A stretch of 64,000 bases of DNA from positions 8,264-72,263 of the forward strand of contig CAMATL010000004.1 of the NCBI GenBank assembly GCA_945861145.1, in the 5' to 3' direction. Positions 20,381 through 30,432 of this stretch are shown here, piece by piece. The DNA comes from a candidate division TM6 bacterium GW2011_GWF2_37_49. GTDB taxonomy: Bacteria; Babelota; Babeliae; Babelales; RVW-14. Position numbers and translations under genes: made by a program. The notes under the pieces are model-generated. The model searched no databases. It was not told the origin of the DNA and saw only the letters and a list, made by a program, of their open reading frames with translations. Every line of letters begins with the position of its first letter. Positions within the stretch are counted from its first letter, which is position 1.

Positions 20381-22756
20381 TTATCTAGAGACAGAGCTTG
20401 AAATCAAGTCACTATTGTTTTTAATTTTTTTGGCAAAAGAACCAAGAGAATCAATGTACACAGACAAAACAAATGCCCGGTCATGTTTATTGTTACCGTA
20501 CTGACGATAAAATTTTTCTTCAACGCCAACATAGCACCCCCAACAGTGGCCTCGATATTCAAGCCGAACCTCATGTTTGACTGGCACAAGCATAAGCCCT
20601 CCCCAGCCAACAACATTCTGCTCAGTGACAAAAAATCCGCTATATTCCAGTCGAGCTCGCGCCCCCAAAGGAAAAGCGGTGCTAATAAAAAAAGAATGCG
20701 CTGATTGTGCTTGCTGGCGACGCGCACGGCTCACCGCAATATCTTGAAATAAGTACCCAAGGTGAAAATCATTATTGCCAAGTGTTGCTTTGGTATGCAC
20801 AAAGCTTGTAAGTAGTTTTTGCTGCACAGGACAAAATTCCTGCTCAAGGCTACATGAAACAGCTCCCCCCTGATACGTGGCCCCATAATCAAGTGATGTA
20901 CTGCGGAAGGTAGATCCTGTGCGTTTCGGCGCAAACCACAATGTCTGCGGCACAATATCATAGCCTTGCTTAACATAGCCGCGTAGCGCTTGCTGGCCTC
21001 CAAGTTTAAGAGAGTAATCACAAGCAACCCCAAACTGCCGCGTTGGGTAATGGCGATCAAATCGATCAAACAGCGGCCACGACTGCTGCTCTACAAACGG
21101 TGCCGCCTGGGCATACAGTCGTGGCTGCACAGCAAAAAAAGTGTCATCTGCGGCATCTACCCATTCAACAACGGGTAAAACATACCCTGCAGTCGCTTTG
21201 ATCAGTGTACGATAAGCACCATGGGCAAATAAACCGTGTTCTTCGACGCCAGCACCTAGCTGTTTCGTTGTTCCAACAACCTGCGATCGCACGCTTAGAA
21301 GAGGCAAACATGTCCCATAAAAAGTTCCCCCGCTAGTCGGCACGTGCAACGCAAGATCACCGCCATATTCAAATCGCAAGGATTCTCCTTCAGCCCGTGG
21401 AATAATGCGTTCTTCTCGCGCTAACTTTGAGAGCAAAAAAATACGCTCATTCTCTTGCTCTCGCATCAGTGCATAATCAGCCATATAAAAATCTTTATAA
21501 GAAAAAAGCCCATGTCGCCGTAGCAACCCAGTCCATAAAATTTGCGGTCTATGCAAAACACTAGAACGATTATCAAATTCCTGTACCGCCCTATCTACAG
21601 GCGCTTGCAAGATAAACTGCGACTGCTCCTGCCCCGTAAACAGCTTGTTAATTGGTACTATGGAAAAATTTTTACGCGACGTTTGTGCAACATCAAATAC
21701 AGCTTGCACAAGGCCTTGTTGGCCATAACCACGCAGCAATAGCCCGTTATAGAAGGTATCATCAACAGATTCAAGGCTATCAAAAAATTCATATCCTGTT
21801 TTTTTATCGGTACCATGATCAAGCAAGGTCAACGCCGAAACATACTCAAACCCCAAAAACTGTGGCGTCCCATACGTATGCTTGCCCTGTAGCCAATATT
21901 GCGGCTTGCCGGTTTGTACAATACTATCCCGCCGCTGCACATAAATTTGCTCCGCGTAGCCGCCATACCCCTTAAAATATCCAGCATGCTGAGCATTCGC
22001 AGCCCAACGAACTTCACCAGTGCCAAAAACGCCCCGCCCATTTTTCCAGTCAATACCGGTCGTTATATCCGCATGTTCATTGATATACCAGTAATAATCC
22101 TGCCGTACGCCAAGCCCATATTTATAATCAAGCATCAGGCGAGGCACCAAGAAGCCTGAATTTGATTTCCGACGCAACGGCACTACAACCCCAGGCAGCC
22201 AAGCCACGGTCATCTTGTTAATTAAAAACTTAATTTTTTCAAGTTTAAGGTAAGAAGGGTTATAACTAACGCTTTTAGCCTGCATTTGCCAATGAGGTGT
22301 ATCAGCATCGCACGGGGTATAAACAACATCCTTCCCCCACCAAGTACCAGCCTCATCACGATACAATTCTTTTGCTGCAAGAAACCCCTCAACCCCCTGA
22401 ATTCGAGCATTGGCAACGGTCACTTCCCCCGAAGCAATATCGATAAAGCAGCGATTGGCAAATAACAGCATCTGCTCATCTTGCAATACGATAGAACCTT
22501 GGTCCTGCGCTTGCGCACGAGCACATTGCTGGTCAACGTCAAAAAAAAGGCGATCTGAAAAAACATGCAGCCGCTGCTCAAGTAAAAAATCTACCTGATC
22601 AAAAAATACAAATTCACGCGCTGACAGTATTTTTTGCCGCACACTTTTTATCCGCACGTTGGCAGGCAACGGCAGCTTAGCAAGCACTGCCTCACCACTG
22701 AGCATGCTCCCTGCGACAGCAAAAATAAAACAAAGGCCGCGGATAAGACGCGCCAT
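20381..22756 (-). CDS. lptD: LptD/OstA-like LPS-assembly outer membrane protein
   Basis: 791 aa, signal peptide MARLIRGLCFIFAVAGSMLSGEAVLA. Size and aromatic-rich beta-barrel-like composition fit. The family call rests on overall resemblance only. Confidence 0.6.
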   Translation of the reverse strand: MARLIRGLCFIFAVAGSMLSGEAVLAKLPLPANVRIKSVRQKILSAREFVFFDQVDFLLEQRLHVFSDRLFFDVDQQCARAQAQDQGSIVLQDEQMLLFANRCFIDIASGEVTVANARIQGVEGFLAAKELYRDEAGTWWGKDVVYTPCDADTPHWQMQAKSVSYNPSYLKLEKIKFLINKMTVAWLPGVVVPLRRKSNSGFLVPRLMLDYKYGLGVRQDYYWYINEHADITTGIDWKNGRGVFGTGEVRWAANAQHAGYFKGYGGYAEQIYVQRRDSIVQTGKPQYWLQGKHTYGTPQFLGFEYVSALTLLDHGTDKKTGYEFFDSLESVDDTFYNGLLLRGYGQQGLVQAVFDVAQTSRKNFSIVPINKLFTGQEQSQFILQAPVDRAVQEFDNRSSVLHRPQILWTGLLRRHGLFSYKDFYMADYALMREQENERIFLLSKLAREERIIPRAEGESLRFEYGGDLALHVPTSGGTFYGTCLPLLSVRSQVVGTTKQLGAGVEEHGLFAHGAYRTLIKATAGYVLPVVEWVDAADDTFFAVQPRLYAQAAPFVEQQSWPLFDRFDRHYPTRQFGVACDYSLKLGGQQALRGYVKQGYDIVPQTLWFAPKRTGSTFRSTSLDYGATYQGGAVSCSLEQEFCPVQQKLLTSFVHTKATLGNNDFHLGYLFQDIAVSRARRQQAQSAHSFFISTAFPLGARARLEYSGFFVTEQNVVGWGGLMLVPVKHEVRLEYRGHCWGCYVGVEEKFYRQYGNNKHDRAFVLSVYIDSLGSFAKKIKNNSDLISSSVSR

Positions 22757-22759
22757 CGC

Positions 22760-23362
22760 TTAAAAAGGGGTTCGGCCAATCAAGGCCTTGGAGATCGTTA
22801 TTTTGTCCATAAATTCAAGTGATGCACCAGTTGGTATACCACTGGCAAATTTCGATACGATAATATTGAGCGGATGGATTTTAGTGGCCAGGTAATTTGC
22901 GGTTGCTTCACCCTCAGGCGTCGGATTTGTGCCCAAAATAATCTCTCGCACTTGGCCATTCGTAAGCCGCTGCATAAGCGCACCAAGCGATAACTGATCT
23001 GGTCCTATGCCTTCCAATGGATTTAAGGCCCCACCAAGCACATGATAACAACCCACAAAGCCAGCAGTTCGCTCAATGGCCATCAGGTCATGCCAGGTTT
23101 CCACCACACACACAACACCCTGATCACGCCCAGCAGAACTACAAATTGAGCAGCGCAGCCCAGCTTCAGTCCAGTTAAAGCATATCTGACATGGTACTAT
23201 ATTTTGTTTGGCCTCAAGAATGGCCTGGCAAAGCGTAGCAATTACTTCAACGTCAGTTGTCAAAAAATAAGAAGCAACACGATAAACATTTTTAGAAGCA
23301 AGATACGGCACCTTTTGTAAGTGCCGTATCAATTTTTGCAAACTAGGTAAAGACTGATTCAT
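22760..23362 (-). CDS. recR: recombination protein RecR
   Basis: 200 aa, Cys4 finger CQICFNWTEAGLRCSICS followed by a Toprim-like region. Confidence 0.92.
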   Translation of the reverse strand: MNQSLPSLQKLIRHLQKVPYLASKNVYRVASYFLTTDVEVIATLCQAILEAKQNIVPCQICFNWTEAGLRCSICSSAGRDQGVVCVVETWHDLMAIERTAGFVGCYHVLGGALNPLEGIGPDQLSLGALMQRLTNGQVREIILGTNPTPEGEATANYLATKIHPLNIIVSKFASGIPTGASLEFMDKITISKALIGRTPF

Positions 23363-23386
23363 TTCTCTTCTCTCCCCTGGCAGAGC

Positions 23387-24970
23387 CTAGGAAAAAAACA
23401 GGCGCCGTGCGTAATCTTCGATTATGGTTAATACGTTATTGATAAACCAATACAGTACTAATCCAACAGGCAACCCAGCAAATACTACTGTCATCACAAT
23501 TGAGACAAAAAACATTGCAACGCGCTGTTTTTCATCATTAACCGGTGCCATCATTTGCTGCCAAATCATACTAACACCCATAAGAATAGGGATAACATAA
23601 AATGGGTCTTTTGCAGAAAGATCAAAAATCCAGCCGAAAAATGGCGCTTGATACAGCTGTATAGAGTTATTCAGAATATCATACAACGAATACATAATTG
23701 GCAGTTGTAAGAAGAGCGGCAAGCATCCTATCATTGGTGTTGATGGCGATAAATTATGCTCTGTATGATACCTTGTTACTTCTTGTAATTGCGTTTGCGG
23801 ATCGTTTTTGAATTTTGCACGAATACGCGTAATAATTGGGGCATGTTTTTGGTAACGCTCCATTTTTATACGCGAGTAAATCGAAAGAGGAACCAACGGC
23901 AATTTAAGCAGCACAGCCAATACAATGATCGCCAAGCCAAGATTCTTAATATACTTGGTTACAAAATCCAGAAACTTAAGCATAAGCTTGGTAATTGAAG
24001 CAAGCCAGCCTCCTGCAAATACCGTGCCCAAGCGATCGTCGACACGCGCAAGATCAGAATACACTTTAGGTCCAAGATAGAATGACAGGTTCCAAGAAGC
24101 CTTTTCTTTGATTTCAGGACCTTCTAACACAAGCTGTAACGCTTGATTGCTACTTATGCGATGAAAATAAGCTCGCTGTACAAATTGGTCTTGATCAGCG
24201 GTCAATGCATGCACAAAATATTTATTTTGCGCGCCAATCAACGATTTTTTCGTCTGCCAATACCAAATAAAGCCCTCTTCAGCGCCAGCCGTTTTCTTTT
24301 CAACTTCATTGCGATGCTCATTGAACATAAACGTGGTCGGCTTGTCTTCGCCAAATTCAGCTACAACGGGTGCGCCGACAAAAAGACGCGGATTGAGAGC
24401 CGCAGCAGGCTGAGCTATTGGCTCAAAGCGCAATACAACGTCAACTTTATAGCTCTCAGAATCAACCGTAAATTCTTTGGTCACCAACCAACCGTTGTAC
24501 TTAGCTTGCAAAGTAACCACATTAAGAGCTGGCTGCTCAGCCTGTACAACTTCATAATTCAATGGCGCAGCTTCATCAAACATAAGCGAGAAAGCCGGAA
24601 TAGATTTAGTTACAGCCTCAGAAGAAATGGTTTGTAGTGCTTGCTTGTCTTTACCCAAGTAGCGCTTAAAACTAAGATTAGTAATACCACCACCATTGGT
24701 CGCAATCGACACGGCGCGCAATGGTGTATCTATAACTATTTCTTCGCTAGTAATGCCTTCTGTAGCAGGCCCAAATAACGCGGCTGTTTTCATAGGCTTA
24801 AACAGATCCTCACGAACGGGAACCTTAATTGCTTCACCAGGTTTTGGCATAGCCTGATTTGCCGAAAGTGAAACCTCACCCGATGCCGGCGTTGGTTTGT
24901 ACCAGTAATATTGGAAAGCCCAAAAGGTTGCTAACGACAGACCAACAGATATTAAAATATTTTTGTTCAT
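23387..24970 (-). CDS. yidC: membrane protein insertase YidC
   Basis: 527 aa, N-terminal TM, large periplasmic domain, C-terminal ...GLVLYWFINNVLTIIED.... Confidence 0.92.
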   Translation of the reverse strand: MNKNILISVGLSLATFWAFQYYWYKPTPASGEVSLSANQAMPKPGEAIKVPVREDLFKPMKTAALFGPATEGITSEEIVIDTPLRAVSIATNGGGITNLSFKRYLGKDKQALQTISSEAVTKSIPAFSLMFDEAAPLNYEVVQAEQPALNVVTLQAKYNGWLVTKEFTVDSESYKVDVVLRFEPIAQPAAALNPRLFVGAPVVAEFGEDKPTTFMFNEHRNEVEKKTAGAEEGFIWYWQTKKSLIGAQNKYFVHALTADQDQFVQRAYFHRISSNQALQLVLEGPEIKEKASWNLSFYLGPKVYSDLARVDDRLGTVFAGGWLASITKLMLKFLDFVTKYIKNLGLAIIVLAVLLKLPLVPLSIYSRIKMERYQKHAPIITRIRAKFKNDPQTQLQEVTRYHTEHNLSPSTPMIGCLPLFLQLPIMYSLYDILNNSIQLYQAPFFGWIFDLSAKDPFYVIPILMGVSMIWQQMMAPVNDEKQRVAMFFVSIVMTVVFAGLPVGLVLYWFINNVLTIIEDYARRLFFS

Positions 24971-25146
24971 TCAGTTTCCTTTGCTACCCAGCACACAAAA
25001 TCTAGCGAATGGGCGCAAGTGTAGCAGATCAATGATAAACAGGCTAGCCTAAAAACAAAATCCCTATATCTTGTCGTATCTGAAAAAACCTGGTACACCA
25101 TTCAAATGGAGTTGATCGTCACGGGACATTAGTTAGAGAAAAAATT

Positions 25147-25917
25147 ATGAAACAAAAACTACACGTACGCCTTGCTACGTTTCTGATTGGTCTACAGCTT
25201 GTTTTGAGTGGTTGTGCTAAAGAAAAAACCAATGAAGAGCTTTCGCTTACAGAAATAAAGGTCAAAGCAACAGCCCATCTTAAAAAACAAGAATTTGAGC
25301 AAGCAGCTGAACAGCTTCAACTAATGATCACTAGATTCCCTGAAGATCCTAAAATTGGTAACTACAAAATCAGCTTAGCCAACTGTAAATTCAACAATGC
25401 TGAGTACGAACCGGCTTACCAGCTCTACGAAAACTTCCATCAATACTATCCTAGCGATAAGCGCTCTGAGTATGCAAAATACAAAGCCGCGCTTTGCAAA
25501 TTTCGCCAATCCCTCGATTTTGACCGCGATCAAACAGCAACCAATGCTGCATTACACGCCTGCAAGTCCTATCAAGAAGTGCCCACCTACCAGAAATATC
25601 GTACTGAAATTGCAGCCGCGCATGAGCAATGCCTGCAAAAATTGGTCGACAAGGAACTATCCATCTGCAAATTTTATATCAAACATGGCAAAACACAGGC
25701 TGCAACGAAGCGCCTAGAACAAGCTCGTAAGATGTTCGGGCTTCACAAAGACCTTGAAGCCAACTTACTGTACCTTGAATGCAAACTTGCCAATAAAACC
25801 GACGACCACCTGGCGCTTGAAGAAAAAATCACGGCACTTACGACAAATTTTGCAACATCTCCGTACACTAAAATGGCAGAAAATTTGGTCAAAAAGCCTG
25901 TAGATTTTATTTTTTAG
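25147..25917 (+). CDS. bamD: BamD/YfiO-like TPR outer membrane lipoprotein
   Basis: 256 aa, lipobox LVLSGC, TPR-like helical repeats with the YP-containing pattern seen in BamD. Confidence 0.6.
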   Translation: MKQKLHVRLATFLIGLQLVLSGCAKEKTNEELSLTEIKVKATAHLKKQEFEQAAEQLQLMITRFPEDPKIGNYKISLANCKFNNAEYEPAYQLYENFHQYYPSDKRSEYAKYKAALCKFRQSLDFDRDQTATNAALHACKSYQEVPTYQKYRTEIAAAHEQCLQKLVDKELSICKFYIKHGKTQAATKRLEQARKMFGLHKDLEANLLYLECKLANKTDDHLALEEKITALTTNFATSPYTKMAENLVKKPVDFIF

Positions 25918-25934
25918 ATAATAAACCGGCCATG

Positions 25935-26080
25935 CCCCCGGATCGGAGTCCGGGAAAGGCTCTTCGAGAAACGACTACGTCGTTCCTCAGGATGAGCGGA
26001 AAAGCTACATGGGTAAATAATCATATAACCAGTCGTCCTGAGGAGCATCCCGCAATGGTGCGTCCTGAAAGATACGAGCC
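25935..26080. repeat. cluster of GC-rich palindromic repeat modules
   Basis: cccccggatcggagtccggga matches the arm of the trmD element. cctcaggatgagc (25985-25997) and tcgtcctgagga (26033-26044) recur at 36862 and 44455/44498. Confidence 0.75.
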
Positions 26081-26101
26081 AATAGATTAAAAGTTTTATA
26101 C

Positions 26102-26476
26102 ATGAGCAAACATTTACTCATCGGTCAGCGCGGCGAACAAGCAGTGGCAAAATATCTTGAACAGCAAGGATTTGCCATCTTAGCCCACAACTACCGCCAA
26201 CGCTGTGGCGAAATTGACCTCATTGCTCAGCTCGGCGAGGTACTGTGTTTTGTAGAAATTAAAACGCGCACCACTGAATATTTCCCCATCTCACAAGTCG
26301 TAACCAAGGCCAAGCAGCAAAAAATCATCAAGACGGCAAAGTGGTATATTCTTACCAATAAGATAAGCAACAAAGTCCTACGCTTTGACGTAGCAATTGT
26401 TACTGGGGCAGTAGATACATTTACTATTCGTTACTTACCCAATGCATTTACAAATTGTTCAAGGTCCCCTTATTAA
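26102..26476 (+). CDS. yraN: YraN/UPF0102 family endonuclease-like protein
   Basis: 124 aa, GEQAVAKYLEQQGFAILAHNYR...GEIDLIA...FVEIKTR. Confidence 0.88.
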   Translation: MSKHLLIGQRGEQAVAKYLEQQGFAILAHNYRQRCGEIDLIAQLGEVLCFVEIKTRTTEYFPISQVVTKAKQQKIIKTAKWYILTNKISNKVLRFDVAIVTGAVDTFTIRYLPNAFTNCSRSPY

Positions 26477-28100
26477 AATCATGAATTGCCAGCCGCTCAG
26501 CAACCTTTTGTGCTAACGGAGCAGCAACATCCGAAGCCCAAAGATGGGCTTTTTCAGGCTCTCTAATAAAGGCTATAACCACACGCCGATAATCATCTTT
26601 TTCTACAAATCCAGCAAATGTATAGATGTGCTGCGTTGTTGAATAATGGCCGTCAACAACCATTCTCGCTGTCCCAGTTTTACCTTTGAGCTTAAACCCC
26701 TTAATTGGGTAACGCTCACCAACCATTTCAAGAATTGCGGTAATTTCATCGATATGTTTTTTATCATAAAGCCGCTTGCGTTCATCAGATAAGTCTTTGC
26801 CTGCAGCTTCACTATCTTGCCGCACCAAAATCGGCTCAACATAATAACCACCATTGGCAATAACGCCAATCGCACGTGCTACTTGCAATAACGTTACGGT
26901 AGCCTCATACCCAAAAGTCAACACCATGGGTGAAAACCTAGACCAATTACGCGGCTGGTTTATATAGCCTGGCCGCTCTCCTGGAAACCCTAGTTGCGTC
27001 TTACGGCCAAAACCAACACGTGAAAGATGCTCATACAGCTGCTCTTTCAATCGCAAGCCAATTCTTGCCAAAACAACATTACTTGAATTTTTAACAGCTT
27101 CATAAAAAGGCATCACGCCGAGCGATTTCCAATTTTCAACACGTAGCCCCTGTATATAAGTTGCCTTTCCCTGGCAATCAAATACTTCGTTAAAATCAAC
27201 AACCCCAGCAGACAGGCCAGCCAGAGCTGAAAAAATCTTCATTACCGAACCAACTTCATAGCATTCAGTAACCGCAACATTTTTCGTAAGAGCAAGATCA
27301 ATACTACTTAAATCATTCGCATTAAATGCTGGGTACGAAACCATAGACAAAATCTCACCTGAAAAAGGCTCTAAAACAATTATAGCTCCTTGTTTAGCCT
27401 TAAAATGATCAACTGTTTTTGCCAGATCTTGGTACAACAAAAATTGCAATTTATGATCAATCGTCACTTGAACCGGCATGCTAGGCACACCTTCTTTTTT
27501 TGTCGTACGGTCAAAATAGAAGCGTTTAGCGCGAGCATCTTTTGCAATGCAATACTGAGTAGGCTCTCCCGTCAAATTCTTATTAAATGCAAGCTCAATG
27601 CCGGCAATGCCATGATTATCAATATCGGTAAAGCCAAGAACATGCGCAAGCTCGGGGTAAGGATAATGACGTACAGATTCTTGCGCGAATTGAATGCCAG
27701 AAATGTCCTGCTGCTTAAGCCAAGCTTGCCGCTCAGGCGTTAACCGCCGTTCAAGCCAAAAAAAATGTCGTTCAGGGTGTCGCTCTACACGCGCTAAAAC
27801 TACTGGATAATGCTTACGCAAAAAATCACATAATGCTTCATGATGAGCACTGACATGAGGTAAAATAAAAGCTGATGGTAGCTCTTTATTAACAACTAAC
27901 GGCTGACCATAACGATCGACAATGTCACCCCGTTGATTTGCCCCTAATCCGCCAACTAAGTACTGCTGCGAAGCTAATCCTTTAAAAAAATCTTGCTGAA
28001 TAACTTGTACCCACAGCAGCCGTACAAGTACGCACAAATAAATCACAACACAAGCGCTCAAAAGCATCCACACACGGATTTTATGGCCCCGGCGAATCAT
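26448..28100 (-). CDS. ftsI: penicillin-binding protein (FtsI/PBP2-type transpeptidase)
   Basis: 550 aa, N-terminal TM, SVMK (SxxK), SSN and KTG motifs. Immediately downstream of the ftsL-like gene. Confidence 0.9.
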   Translation of the reverse strand: MIRRGHKIRVWMLLSACVVIYLCVLVRLLWVQVIQQDFFKGLASQQYLVGGLGANQRGDIVDRYGQPLVVNKELPSAFILPHVSAHHEALCDFLRKHYPVVLARVERHPERHFFWLERRLTPERQAWLKQQDISGIQFAQESVRHYPYPELAHVLGFTDIDNHGIAGIELAFNKNLTGEPTQYCIAKDARAKRFYFDRTTKKEGVPSMPVQVTIDHKLQFLLYQDLAKTVDHFKAKQGAIIVLEPFSGEILSMVSYPAFNANDLSSIDLALTKNVAVTECYEVGSVMKIFSALAGLSAGVVDFNEVFDCQGKATYIQGLRVENWKSLGVMPFYEAVKNSSNVVLARIGLRLKEQLYEHLSRVGFGRKTQLGFPGERPGYINQPRNWSRFSPMVLTFGYEATVTLLQVARAIGVIANGGYYVEPILVRQDSEAAGKDLSDERKRLYDKKHIDEITAILEMVGERYPIKGFKLKGKTGTARMVVDGHYSTTQHIYTFAGFVEKDDYRRVVIAFIREPEKAHLWASDVAAPLAQKVAERLAIHDFNKGTLNNL

Positions 28101-28378
28101 GCTTTTCTCCCGGTAAAGGTAATGAGATGACTCAACGGCAATTGTGTCATACCAAATTCTTGCTCAGCTTGCTTCTTTAATGCCGAATAATCTTTTGCCT
28201 CGGCAAATGTTACCAACATAGCATTGCGCGTTTTTACCAACGTTTGATGCTGCCGATCAAGGCGCTGTTTTTCATATTGCAATTTAATAATCCGGTTTTG
28301 TAGGTAAATTTTGCTAAAAACAATAGCTACGACAAATACCGCCAGACTTTTGATTAAAAAAAAACGTCGAACTTCCAT
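28097..28378 (-). CDS. ftsL: FtsL-like cell division protein
   Basis: 93 aa, single TM plus coiled coil; overlaps the ftsI start by 4 nt. Confidence 0.7.
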   Translation of the reverse strand: MEVRRFFLIKSLAVFVVAIVFSKIYLQNRIIKLQYEKQRLDRQHQTLVKTRNAMLVTFAEAKDYSALKKQAEQEFGMTQLPLSHLITFTGRKA

Positions 28379-28497
28379 GATTTACCTCATACCCTTTTTC
28401 CTTTAGCGTAGGTAGATCTATTTTTATTTTTCCAGATATTATAACATTACCTTGCAGAGAGCAGCTTTGCGCGCAAACAGATCAATCTAATTTTCAA

Positions 28498-29040
28498 ATG
28501 AAAAGGAGTTCAATAATGACAAAATATTTATTAATTTTACCTGTTGCTGTGATGGTTACCTTAGGTGGTTGCTGGTGGAATACGTCAAAATCAAATTCAG
28601 CGCAAACTACAACAACAGAACAATCCGCTCAAGATGCTGCTGAAGCAAAAGTCATATCACAAATGACCAGTGAGCAACAATTTACAGAACTTCTAAAAGA
28701 ATCTTCAAAGCTTGTAATTGTTAAAATTGACGCGCCATGGTGCTCAGCCTGTAAAGACATACATCCTCATTTTGTTGATGCTGCAACCAAAGGCACCGAT
28801 TATATTTTCGCTCGCGTTAATGTTGATATACTGCCAAAAATCGCTCAACAATTCGATATTGTTGGCATTCCTGCACTACTCTTTATTAAAAATGGCAAAG
28901 AAATTACAGATAGCCGGATAGTAGGCGCAGAGATACGCAGTGGCGATGAGCTTCTTGCTAAAATCAAAGCCATTAACACTGCTGCCGAATCTGTCGTTTT
29001 ACCTGAATCAACAGCTCCAGTAGAACAAAAAACTCCATAA
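28498..29040 (+). CDS. thioredoxin-fold lipoprotein
   Basis: 180 aa, lipobox TLGGC, WCSACK active site. The start could be the second ATG at 28516. Confidence 0.85.
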   Translation: MKRSSIMTKYLLILPVAVMVTLGGCWWNTSKSNSAQTTTTEQSAQDAAEAKVISQMTSEQQFTELLKESSKLVIVKIDAPWCSACKDIHPHFVDAATKGTDYIFARVNVDILPKIAQQFDIVGIPALLFIKNGKEITDSRIVGAEIRSGDELLAKIKAINTAAESVVLPESTAPVEQKTP

Positions 29041-29065
29041 TTTTTAACTGGCGAGAGCGTCTCTT

Positions 29066-30394
29066 ATGCTATTACTCCCCCTACAATTGACTAATTCGTT
29101 GTCGAAGAAAAAAGAACCATTTGTCCCTCAGCATCCCCCTCACGTTAATATGTATGTTTGCGGAATAACGCCTTACGATCATGCACACCTTGGACACGCA
29201 CGGTGCTATGTAGCATTTGACACGCTCGCCAGATTTCTTACCATTGCCGGATACTCACTGACTTATGTACGCAACTACACGGACATTGAAGATAAAATTA
29301 TCAACAAGGCACATCAGCTCGGGCAATCAATTGACCAAGTAGCAAACACGTTTATTCAAAGCTACAAAGAAGACATGAAACGACTGAACTGCAGCGAGCC
29401 GGACATTGAGCCAAAGGTAACAACACACATACAAGAAATTATTACCTTCATTGAAGGTCTAGTTACCAACGGAAATGCCTACATAATCGGCTTAGATGTA
29501 TACTTCGACATCACCACACACGCTCAGTACGGCAACCTTGGCGGCAAAAAAATTGACGATTTAATTGCGGGCAGCCGCGTAGCCGTTAATGCAACCAAGC
29601 GCAATCCTGGTGATTTTGCTTTATGGAAAGGCAACGCCGAAGGTCAATTTTGGCCATCGCCATGGGGAAGCGGCAGACCTGGCTGGCATATCGAATGTTC
29701 GGCAATGGCATACAAATATTTAGGATCTACCGTCGACATTCACGGTGGCGGCATGGATCTTATGTTTCCACACCATGAAAACGAAATTGCTCAAAGTGAA
29801 TGCTTAACGGGCAAACCACTAGCTCGGTTTTGGCTGCACAATGCATTTATTAATATCAATAAAGAAAAAATGTCTAAATCCTTGGGCAATGCTATCAATC
29901 TTAAGCAAATTTTCGAATCAATTGATCCAATGGTTTTGCGTTTTTATTTTTTACAGCACCATTATCGCACACCACTTGATTTTGAATTTTCAGAGTTTGA
30001 AGGCGTTAAGACAGCCTACAATAGGCTTTGTGCCTTAAGCAGTCTTGCATCAACCACGCCACAAAGCATTAATCTCGAAGACCCTCTCATCGCCACAATC
30101 ATGCAAGCTCTCAGCGACGACCTCAACACCTCCAAGGCGCTTGGCATTATTTTTGAACACCTAAGCACGATCAAACAAAGTGCTACAATCTGCCAGCAAA
30201 TTAGGCTCATACTGCGGGATATATTTGGTCTAACGCTTGAGCCAATCAATGAACCAAATAACATTACCCCTGAAATTGCTCTTTTGTTGCAAGCGCGTGA
30301 AGAAGCTCGTAAGAATAGAGATTGGGCAAAAGCAGATGCTCTGCGCGCAGAGCTTGCACATTTGGGTTATACAGTTCAAGACAAAAAAACTTAG
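29066..30394 (+). CDS. cysS: cysteine--tRNA ligase
   Basis: 442 aa, HLGHAR (HIGH) and KMSKS motifs. Confidence 0.96.
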   Translation: MLLLPLQLTNSLSKKKEPFVPQHPPHVNMYVCGITPYDHAHLGHARCYVAFDTLARFLTIAGYSLTYVRNYTDIEDKIINKAHQLGQSIDQVANTFIQSYKEDMKRLNCSEPDIEPKVTTHIQEIITFIEGLVTNGNAYIIGLDVYFDITTHAQYGNLGGKKIDDLIAGSRVAVNATKRNPGDFALWKGNAEGQFWPSPWGSGRPGWHIECSAMAYKYLGSTVDIHGGGMDLMFPHHENEIAQSECLTGKPLARFWLHNAFININKEKMSKSLGNAINLKQIFESIDPMVLRFYFLQHHYRTPLDFEFSEFEGVKTAYNRLCALSSLASTTPQSINLEDPLIATIMQALSDDLNTSKALGIIFEHLSTIKQSATICQQIRLILRDIFGLTLEPINEPNNITPEIALLLQAREEARKNRDWAKADALRAELAHLGYTVQDKKT

Positions 30395-30432
30395 TACATG
30401 CTCGTTTCCCGTCAACGAAAGGTTGCGTTTGT

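Noticed and set aside
25935-26080. The repeated GC-rich motifs here and at 44380-44612 as a possible CRISPR array.
   Set aside because: The repeats are short (10-14 nt), of several kinds, in both orientations and irregularly spaced. There are no uniform repeat-spacer units and no cas genes nearby.
30322-30432. The kup ORF start at 30322, overlapping 73 nt of cysS.
   Set aside because: The overlapping part translates to non-membrane, Arg/Cys-rich sequence. An ATG at 30433 lies after the cysS stop and closer to the conserved GDIGTSPVY region.
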